Assembly: GCA_019594235.1 (NCBI GenBank)
Contig: JAFDTG010000001.1
Location: 5,722-69,721 of the forward strand
Length of the DNA stretch: 64,000 nucleotides
Reading direction: 5' to 3'
DNA from: Candidatus Saliniplasma halalkaliphilum
GTDB lineage: Archaea; Thermoplasmatota; Thermoplasmata; Halarchaeoplasmatales; Halarchaeoplasmataceae
The position numbers and the translations under genes are program-made. The notes below the pieces were generated by a model, which saw only the letters and a list, made by a program, of their open reading frames with translations, did no database searches and was not told the origin of the DNA. This document shows, one piece after another, positions 56,899 to 64,000 of this stretch. The number at the start of each line of letters is the position of its first letter. The stretch's first letter is position 1.

Positions 56899-57219
56899 AT
56901 GCCAAGATGGAAGCATAAAAAGATAGCCAAAGACAGGATACACAAGTTGTTTGAAGAAGCAAGTAAAGCAGCGTTACAGGATGATATCGATCTTGCTGAT
57001 AGATATGTAACACTAGCTCGGAAAATAGGCATGAAATATAACATAAGTATTCCATCTGAATATAGACGTAGAATCTGTAAGACTTGTTACTCTTATCTGT
57101 TCCCTGGAAAGACGTGTTATGTAAGAATAAATAAGGGAAAACTCGTCACAAAATGTTTAAAATGCAAAACTATAAACAGGTATGTGATCAGTAAAAAAGA
57201 TGTGGACAAAAATGGATAG
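56899..57219 (+). CDS. rnp4: RNase P protein component 4 (Rpp21/Rpr2)
   Basis: N-terminal helical region plus CKTCYSYL...CLKCK Zn ribbon. Confidence 0.75.
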   Translation: MPRWKHKKIAKDRIHKLFEEASKAALQDDIDLADRYVTLARKIGMKYNISIPSEYRRRICKTCYSYLFPGKTCYVRINKGKLVTKCLKCKTINRYVISKKDVDKNG

Positions 57220-57475
57220 AAAAGAAGCTAAAATTAAAGGCCAAGATTTGGAACCTTTAGTAAGGATCGGTAAAAAGGGAATCGATGAAAACATGATCGA
57301 AGAGATCGAAAGGCATCTAGAAGATAAAGAATTGATCAAAATTAAAATTCTAAGGAATAACCCGATTCAAGATATTGGAAAAATTGTAGATATGTTAGAG
57401 GAAAAGACAAATGGTAAAGTCATCGAAATAAGAGGTAAAACGGTCCTAGTTGCTGCAGAAGAAGATAGTTTATGA
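57212..57475 (+). CDS. YhbY/CRS1 (CRM-domain) RNA-binding protein
   Basis: GKKGIDENMIEEIERHLEDKELIKIKIL pattern; overlaps rnp4 by 8 nt. Confidence 0.7.
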   Translation: MDRKEAKIKGQDLEPLVRIGKKGIDENMIEEIERHLEDKELIKIKILRNNPIQDIGKIVDMLEEKTNGKVIEIRGKTVLVAAEEDSL

Positions 57476-58480
57476 TTTTTTAACTTCTATATCCAAAGCT
57501 TTGTGTTCCATGTATGCTGAATAGCTCCTAACATCTCTTATCTTTTTGATATTAGGTGTGTATCCACATCCACGGATCTTTTGTTTTATTTTTTTGATCC
57601 TTTCATCGAATTCTGTATTTTCAATGATCTCATAGTAATGGATCACACTTCTACCTCCAGCTGCTTTCAAAGCCGTGTCTAAAAATTCAAAAGAAGAATG
57701 AGGTAGATTCATGATGATCCTGTCAACTTTGAACTTCGGTGCCAAGTCTTTTGCATTTCCCTCATGTATCTCTACTAGATCTTCTACATTATTTCTTTTT
57801 ACGTTTCTCTTGAGTAATGAGATAGCTTTAGGGTTGATATCGATGCTGTAAACTCGTTCTACATCTACATTCTTCGCTATAAGGATGCTGTAAGGCCCTA
57901 CTCCAGCAAACATGTCAAGAACTTTTTCGTTAGGTTTGGTCATGTTAACGACTTTCCATCGCTCAGTGGCCAATCTAGGGGAGAAATAAGCATTTGCTAC
58001 ATCTATCTCGAATTCAGCACCATACTCCTTATGGACTGTAATCTGTTTATCTTTACCTGCGATGGTTTGAACTTGCCTAACTCTGAACTCACCTGAAACC
58101 CCTTTATCCTCCATAACAGTCTCTACATTCGGTTGAACTTCGAGTATAGCTCTACCTATGTCAGCTTTATAATCTTCTAATTCGTCTGGAATCTTGATAA
58201 TGGCTATATCACCTATGATATCGAAGCTCGTAGGAAGGTATTCTACTAGATCAGATGGTAATTTGACTATATCTCTATAATCTCTAGACTTGCTTTCTCT
58301 ATATTCAACATCCCTTTTAACGACTTCGTAATCTAAGTTTTCTTTTGGAATTTCTTTGATAGGTATGAACAGATAATCATCATCAGAAGTGATTTTACCC
58401 TTTTTCTCTAATATATTTTCTTCCAAAAGCTTATTTCTAACCTTTTCTCCTTCACTCTTAGGAACTTTCAAACACAACAT
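57470..58480 (-). CDS. trm5: tRNA (guanine37-N1)-methyltransferase Trm5 family
   Basis: 336 aa; SAM-binding FAGVGPYS and NLPHSS motifs. Confidence 0.75.
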   Translation of the reverse strand: MLCLKVPKSEGEKVRNKLLEENILEKKGKITSDDDYLFIPIKEIPKENLDYEVVKRDVEYRESKSRDYRDIVKLPSDLVEYLPTSFDIIGDIAIIKIPDELEDYKADIGRAILEVQPNVETVMEDKGVSGEFRVRQVQTIAGKDKQITVHKEYGAEFEIDVANAYFSPRLATERWKVVNMTKPNEKVLDMFAGVGPYSILIAKNVDVERVYSIDINPKAISLLKRNVKRNNVEDLVEIHEGNAKDLAPKFKVDRIIMNLPHSSFEFLDTALKAAGGRSVIHYYEIIENTEFDERIKKIKQKIRGCGYTPNIKKIRDVRSYSAYMEHKALDIEVKKS

Positions 58481-58498
58481 ATTAGAGAGGTTAAACGT

Positions 58499-59293
58499 AT
58501 GGGAGAATTAATATTCATCGGTTTAGGGCTGTACGACGAAAAGGACATCAGTGTCAAGGGTAAAGAGATCGTTAAAGATGCCGATATAGTGTATTCAGAA
58601 TTCTACACTAGTCATCTTGTCGGTACCGATTTCGATAAAATCCAGGATGAGATGGATGTCGAAATACAAGTTTTGGATCGTGAAGGGGTGGAACAGGAAG
58701 CGTTACCGATTCAGGAAGCTCAGGAAAAAATCGTGATATTTTTGACGGCTGGGGACCCGATGGCAGCAACAACCCACGTGGATCTTAGATTAAGAGCTGA
58801 AGAGAAAGGTGTGCGTACTAAAGTTGTTCATTCCTCGTCTATCTTTTCTGCAGCCCCGTCTATATTAGGTGTTCAACATTACAAATTCGGAAAGACGATC
58901 ACACTACCGTTTTTTGAAGGCAAAGAGAGTTACCCAGAAAGTCCGTATGATGGTATTAGAGATAATAAAGAACTAGGTTTACACTCTCTGATATTGTTGG
59001 ATATCAATGGAGAAGAGAAAAAATTCATGACGGTAAATGAAGGTGTGAAAGCTTTGATGCACATGGAGGAAGAGCAATCTAATAGAGTGATAACTGAAGA
59101 TACTGTGGTCGCCGGTCTAGCAAGAGTAGGTTCATCGGAACCCGAATTGAGAGCAGGGTATCCAGAAGATATATTGAATCACGATTTTGGAGGAGGTTTA
59201 CAGTGTATGGTGGTCTTTGGGGGATTACATTTCATGGAAATTGAATCTCTGATAGCTTTTGCCGATGCGCCAGAATCGATAGGGGAAGAGTAA
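58499..59293 (+). CDS. dph5: diphthine synthase
   Basis: 264 aa; tetrapyrrole-methylase-like fold motifs (LIFIGLGLYDEKDIS; LTAGDPMAATTH). Confidence 0.9.
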   Translation: MGELIFIGLGLYDEKDISVKGKEIVKDADIVYSEFYTSHLVGTDFDKIQDEMDVEIQVLDREGVEQEALPIQEAQEKIVIFLTAGDPMAATTHVDLRLRAEEKGVRTKVVHSSSIFSAAPSILGVQHYKFGKTITLPFFEGKESYPESPYDGIRDNKELGLHSLILLDINGEEKKFMTVNEGVKALMHMEEEQSNRVITEDTVVAGLARVGSSEPELRAGYPEDILNHDFGGGLQCMVVFGGLHFMEIESLIAFADAPESIGEE

Positions 59294-59450
59294 AGTTAAG
59301 AGTTCTTAAAAATTAAGTAATATTTAAATATCGTATACATATGTGATTACTGTATGAACTGGGCAGTCTATGACTTCAAGATCATAATTAGCGAGTAAAG
59401 AACTCATCCGCCCAGTTATAATTTTGTTTTGTTTTTTTGGAGGATTTTTG

Positions 59451-62400
59451 ATGAGTGAAAATAACGAAAAATTCAAGTCGCTGGACAAGGACGCACCATT
59501 ACCTGAGAAGGAACAAGAGATCTTAGATTTTTGGAAGGAACATAAGATCGCTGAGAAAACTCGTGGAAGAGAAAGGGATAAGAAATTCGGTTTCACCGAA
59601 GGACCACCCACTGCCAACGGTATGCCCCATATGGGTCACGTTTTAACTCGAGTTGCAAAAGATGTTTACCTTCGTTATAAAACTATGGAAGGTTACCAGA
59701 TCGTTCCGAATATTGCTGGTTGGGATACCCATGGTTTACCTGTGGAGATAGAAGTCGAGAAAGAATTGGGTATCGATACAAAAGAGGATATTTTGGAATA
59801 TGGTTTGGAAAAATTCAATGAGCACTGTAAAGAGAGTGTATTCAAGTATCAAAAAGAATGGGAGGACATGAGTGAAAGGATAGGCTTCTGGATCAACTAT
59901 GAAGATGCCTACGTGACCATGAAGGACGATTACATAGAAAGCGTCTGGTGGAGCCTTAAACAGCACTGGAAAAATGGTCTGTTAGAGAGGGGACACATGG
60001 TCGTTCCGTATTGTCCTAGATGTGGTACTCCCCTTTCTAGTCACGAAGTTGCACAGGGTTATGAGAAAACCGAGGACCCTTCGATATATATTAGATTTAA
60101 ATTAAAAGATGATGACGCTTATCTATTGGCTTGGACTACTACTCCATGGACCTTGATATCCAATCTTTTACTGGTCGTGGGAAAAGACCTTGATTATGCA
60201 CTTGTTGAATATGATGGTGAGAAGTACTACATGGCTGAAAAACTTGTAGATGAGATATTTGACGATGCTGAAATCATAAAGACATTGAAGGGTGAAGAAC
60301 TGCTTGGGAAAGAATATCAGCCCATGTTTGATTACGTAGAGTCCGAAAGTAAAAGTCATTATGTTACTCACGCTGACTTCGTTAGTTTAGAGGATGGTAC
60401 GGGTATAGTACATATCGCACCTGCCTTCGGCGAAGACGATTTTGAACTTTGTAAAGAAGAAGAAGTTTCACTTGTTAATCCAGTGGATGAAAACGGTAAA
60501 TTTGTGGATAAAGTTACTGATTATGCTGGTAAGTTCGTTAAAGATGCCGATGAAGATATCATGAACGACCTAGAAGAGAGGGGCGACCTAATAAAAAGAA
60601 CCAATGTTACTCACACTTACCCATTCTGCTGGAGATGTGAATCACCGTTACTTTACTACTCTTTGGAAAGTTGGTTCATCCGCACATCACAAGAAAGACA
60701 AAAACTGATTGATAATAACGAAGAAGTAAGATGGAAACCAGAACATCTCAAACATGGAAGGTTCGGAAATTTCCTAGATGAGTTAAAGGATTGGTCTCTC
60801 AGTCGTAATCGTTTCTGGGGAACACCCCTTCCCATATGGATATGCGATGAGGATCACCAACACTGCGTTGGAAGTAAAGAAGAGTTAGAAGAGATGGCTA
60901 CTGAACCTCTAGAGGAAGATTTCGAGTTCCATAAACCCTGGGTTGACCGAGTAAAATTAAACTGCCCTGAATGTGAAGGTGATATGGAACGTGTTGATTA
61001 TGTTATCGACTGCTGGTACGACAGCGGTAGCGCACCATTTGCTCAATTCCATTACCCCTTTGAGAACGAAGATAGATTCGAAGAAGCCTTCCCCATAGAT
61101 TTCATAACTGAAGCTTTGGACCAAACTAGAGGATGGTTCTACAGTCTACTTTCTATAAGCTCACTTCTTTTTGACAAACCGGCGTATAAGAACTGTCTGA
61201 CCTTGGGTTTAGTACTGGATGAAGATGGAGAAAAGATGAGTAAAAGCAAAGGCAATGCTGTAGAGCCCATGGAAACTTTAGACAATTTAGGAGCCGATGC
61301 TACAAGGTTATATTTCTTGAGTTCACCGGTCTGGAAATCAACGAAATTCAGTGAAGAATTGGTATCTGAAAAAATAAGCAAAACCATGAATACATTGATG
61401 AACGTCGTTTCATTCTTTACCAGTAACGCCAATATAGATGATTTTGAACCGGGAGAGTACGAGGTCAACGACGAAATAGACCGGTGGTTGATATCCAAGA
61501 AGAACAGTTTGATAAACGAAGTTAAAACTGGATTAGATGAACTAGAAGTCCATAAATCCACGCGTTCGATCGAAAAATTCATAGATGAACTCAGTAACTG
61601 GTACCTGAGAAGAAGCAGAAGAAGGTTCTGGGAAGGGACAGAGGAAGAAAAAGCCAGCGCTTATAATACCCTGTATGAAACATTGGAAACGTTAACTCAA
61701 GTGATGGCACCGTTTACGCCTTTCCTAAGTGAAAGAATATATCAGTGTCTTTTCAGAGAACTAGAGGATGGTCCCGTTTCCTTACATCTACTAGATTATC
61801 CAGAGGCCGATGAAGACAAGATCAAACCCGAATTGGAAAAGGACATGAACGCAGTCATCAGGATAGCTGAGCTTGGTAGAAATGCTAGACAGCAGGAAAA
61901 TATCAAACTGAGGCTGCCTTTGGAAGAGGCTGTGTTGGTTTCCGAAGATGAGTCATACGAAGAGGCTGTAGCCCGATTCAAAGATATACTCATGGACGAA
62001 TTAAATGTAAAGAACCTGGATTTCAGTAAAGATGAAAGCAATTTTTCAGAAACCATGATCGAACCTAATTATTCATCATTAGGACCTAAATTTAAAGGAG
62101 ATGCAGAAAGGGTCGCAGATTTGATCAATGATTCGAATCCTGAATCGGTTAAAAAGGAACTAGCTGAGGACGGTAGTTTGATACTGGAAGATTTCGAGAT
62201 CGACGAAAACGATGTGGAGATCTATGAAGAGGTAAAAGAGGATTACTCCTCCAGTCAAAGAGAAGGAGTCAAAGTTTTCGTTAAGGTTGATATCAGTGAA
62301 GAACTAGAAACCGAAGGCCTGGCTAGAGATATCGTTAGAAGGATACAAACCATGAGAAAAGAACTCGAACTTGGCTATACTCAAAAGATACATACTGGGT

Positions 62401-62582
62401 TCACTGGTGATCCAAGGTTGGAGAGTGCTGTTGAAAATATGAAGGATTACATCAAAAATGAAACCCTATCTGAAACTCTTAAGAAGGGACCGGGAAATGG
62501 TTTAGAAAAAGATTGGTCTTTCGATGGGAAAGATATTACAATTTGGGTTGACCCGATCGGGAGTAGGGACGAAAACCACTAA
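59451..62582 (+). CDS. ileS: isoleucyl-tRNA synthetase
   Basis: HMGH and KMSKS motifs; editing domain; C-terminal Zn cluster; GGAGG Shine-Dalgarno before ATG 59451. Confidence 0.95.
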   Translation: MSENNEKFKSLDKDAPLPEKEQEILDFWKEHKIAEKTRGRERDKKFGFTEGPPTANGMPHMGHVLTRVAKDVYLRYKTMEGYQIVPNIAGWDTHGLPVEIEVEKELGIDTKEDILEYGLEKFNEHCKESVFKYQKEWEDMSERIGFWINYEDAYVTMKDDYIESVWWSLKQHWKNGLLERGHMVVPYCPRCGTPLSSHEVAQGYEKTEDPSIYIRFKLKDDDAYLLAWTTTPWTLISNLLLVVGKDLDYALVEYDGEKYYMAEKLVDEIFDDAEIIKTLKGEELLGKEYQPMFDYVESESKSHYVTHADFVSLEDGTGIVHIAPAFGEDDFELCKEEEVSLVNPVDENGKFVDKVTDYAGKFVKDADEDIMNDLEERGDLIKRTNVTHTYPFCWRCESPLLYYSLESWFIRTSQERQKLIDNNEEVRWKPEHLKHGRFGNFLDELKDWSLSRNRFWGTPLPIWICDEDHQHCVGSKEELEEMATEPLEEDFEFHKPWVDRVKLNCPECEGDMERVDYVIDCWYDSGSAPFAQFHYPFENEDRFEEAFPIDFITEALDQTRGWFYSLLSISSLLFDKPAYKNCLTLGLVLDEDGEKMSKSKGNAVEPMETLDNLGADATRLYFLSSPVWKSTKFSEELVSEKISKTMNTLMNVVSFFTSNANIDDFEPGEYEVNDEIDRWLISKKNSLINEVKTGLDELEVHKSTRSIEKFIDELSNWYLRRSRRRFWEGTEEEKASAYNTLYETLETLTQVMAPFTPFLSERIYQCLFRELEDGPVSLHLLDYPEADEDKIKPELEKDMNAVIRIAELGRNARQQENIKLRLPLEEAVLVSEDESYEEAVARFKDILMDELNVKNLDFSKDESNFSETMIEPNYSSLGPKFKGDAERVADLINDSNPESVKKELAEDGSLILEDFEIDENDVEIYEEVKEDYSSSQREGVKVFVKVDISEELETEGLARDIVRRIQTMRKELELGYTQKIHTGFTGDPRLESAVENMKDYIKNETLSETLKKGPGNGLEKDWSFDGKDITIWVDPIGSRDENH

Positions 62583-62592
62583 ATAATGGGAA

Positions 62593-63030
62593 TTGGATGG
62601 AGGTAGCGAACCAATGAAAGAAGAACAATATGAAATCAAGAAGAGGCACAGTTCATTCAGATTTCCAGAAGAGGTGGAATTCAAAGACCTGGCTCCGATC
62701 TTCCCTGAGCTATTTGATCTTTTCATGGACCTTGCTGATCAGTATCCAGAGGATAGCGGAGAAGAATACATCGAGATGTTGATCCGATTGAATCTGAAAG
62801 ATCTGCAGCAGAACCAGAAACCCATAGGCCACAACAGGGAAGCGAGATATAGACTGATATTCCCGATAGACAGGGATAGAGTTGAATTCTTTATATATCC
62901 CAGGATAGATGAAGATGAATCAGAGATAGACATGATCACCGATGAAGTAAGTAAATTCCTCGAAAAAGAAGGTTTTGAACACGAGATACTTTGGAACGAA
63001 ATGAGATTTTTAAAAGAAGAAAAGGACTAA
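62593..63030 (+). CDS. hypothetical acidic protein
   Basis: 145 aa; no motif. Confidence 0.4.
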   Translation: MDGGSEPMKEEQYEIKKRHSSFRFPEEVEFKDLAPIFPELFDLFMDLADQYPEDSGEEYIEMLIRLNLKDLQQNQKPIGHNREARYRLIFPIDRDRVEFFIYPRIDEDESEIDMITDEVSKFLEKEGFEHEILWNEMRFLKEEKD

Positions 63031-64000
63031 AAACTTCCAAAAAACTTTTCACATTCTCTTTTTAGGTTATTTGTTGGCCTGTAACTGAACTGATCAGGCA
63101 TCTTATTTTTGTACCTATCGTAATTGAATCGTTTATCCATGAGTATGATAAGCCCTTTATCACTCTTGCTTCTAATACATCTTCCAGCAGCTTGCAGTAC
63201 TCTATTCAAAGCTGGATATATCCTTGTATAATCGTAACCTTTTCGTCTACCAAACTTTTCTTCATAATACTCCTGCAGCGCATCCAACTCTGTTGTTGGC
63301 GGTGGGAAAGGAATGCCGGCAATGATTACAGCTGATAGAATGTTGTCATTATAGTCAACTCCCTCTGATAGGCTTCCTCCCTGAACTCCTAACAGTAAGT
63401 TCCTTTCTGTGCGTTTTAGTTTATTGACTAAATTCTCTTTCTCCCTTTTTGAGTATCTCTTATCCTCGATGAGTAAATTCTTATTTAGATGTACGAGTTC
63501 AAGTCTATCTGCTACCTTCTCCATCAGATGATACGATGGAAAAAATGCAGCTATGTTACCATCTACATTGTTCACAACGTCCGATATGAAATTGGCATAG
63601 GCTTGAAACATCTGCAGATCACGTTCTTTGTAGGATGTTGTTAAGTTGTTTACACTTACAATCTTCCTGTTTTTCTTTGGGAAAGGTGAGCTGTATTCTT
63701 TGATTATGGGATCTTCGATACCTAAAAGGTCTGCATACATCTCCCCTGGATATAGCGTTCCACTCATAAGAACCGCTGACGAAATATCATTGAATATATC
63801 TTCAGTTAACATAGCAGGATCGAGTAAACCTACACGGAAAGTAGGCGGTGAAGGACAATATGCTCGATATATCTCCGTTCCTTCTTTGTCCCATTTAGCT
63901 AAAAATGAAAATAAACTCCACGGAGCTGTTGCTGCTGAATCTTTCTCTATCAGATTGCCTGCAGCTGTTTCAAGTTCTTTTAGAAAATCCTCGAACCGGG
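63027..64000 (-). CDS. XPD/Rad3-like (DinG family) helicase, C-terminal part (gene runs off the window)
   Basis: Helicase motifs V-VI (LLGVQGGSLSEGVDY; AAGRCIRSKSDKG); the reading frame stays open to nt 64000. Confidence 0.7.
   Translation of the reverse strand, partial: RFEDFLKELETAAGNLIEKDSAATAPWSLFSFLAKWDKEGTEIYRAYCPSPPTFRVGLLDPAMLTEDIFNDISSAVLMSGTLYPGEMYADLLGIEDPIIKEYSSPFPKKNRKIVSVNNLTTSYKERDLQMFQAYANFISDVVNNVDGNIAAFFPSYHLMEKVADRLELVHLNKNLLIEDKRYSKREKENLVNKLKRTERNLLLGVQGGSLSEGVDYNDNILSAVIIAGIPFPPPTTELDALQEYYEEKFGRRKGYDYTRIYPALNRVLQAAGRCIRSKSDKGLIILMDKRFNYDRYKNKMPDQFSYRPTNNLKRECEKFFGSF

Noticed and set aside
62126-62140. GATTCGAATCC T-loop-like word
   Set aside because: It lies inside the ileS coding sequence with no surrounding cloverleaf, so it is not a tRNA.

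Overview
This is a 64-kb, AT-rich (about 37% GC) chromosomal segment from an archaeon, densely packed with housekeeping genes on both strands. Archaeal hallmarks present are TFB, PAN, the proteasome beta subunit, aCPSF1, aIF6, ribosomal proteins S19e/L39e/L31e/S2, RpoK, Rpp21, Trm1, Trm5, Elp3, diphthine synthase, deoxyhypusine synthase, UbiA/DGGGP-synthase-like, and the archaetidylserine synthase/decarboxylase pair. One tRNA carries a canonical bulge-helix-bulge (BHB) intron.

Identifiable modules, in order along the window:
- a TusA, DsrE-like, IscS, IscU(+DUF59-like tail) sulfur-trafficking/Fe-S cluster, followed by a CN-hydrolase;
- TrkH;
- an 8-gene Mrp/Mbh-type cation antiporter module (E-F-G-B-B-B-C-D) with no hydrogenase genes;
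- cob(I)alamin adenosyltransferase CobA, arginine decarboxylase PdaD, Elp3;
- tRNA-Val, TFB, a bacterial-type MutS-MutL pair, and an intron-containing initiator-like tRNA-Met;
- a DtxR-family regulator, GluRS, and a phosphopantetheine adenylyltransferase (PPAT) with an extra C-terminal domain;
- the S19e/PDCD5/L39e/L31e/aIF6 cluster;
- an NFACT (RqcH-like) protein, an M18 aminopeptidase, and pyrB-pyrI;
- UbiA, thymidylate kinase-like, deoxyhypusine synthase, FtsZ, psd-pssA, THEP1 NTPase, Trm1;
- a large Zn-ribbon/PUA/PP-loop/ferredoxin protein, then UspA;
- an approximately 230-nt GC-rich structured-RNA candidate, followed by a 54-aa Zn-ribbon ORF;
- PAN, DUF763, an EndoIII-like glycosylase, and membrane proteins;
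- an E1-like ThiF/UbaA protein convergent with a THUMP-less ThiI-like PP-loop enzyme;
- RpoK-S2, aCPSF1, PsmB, two tandem GT4 (AglH/WecA-like) transferases, and a ModE-HTH/NUDIX fusion;
- Rpp21-YhbY, Trm5, Dph5, IleRS, and a partial XPD-like helicase.

There is no CRISPR array, transposase or obvious defence island. The most unusual element is the GC-rich non-coding region at 42.45-42.72 kb.
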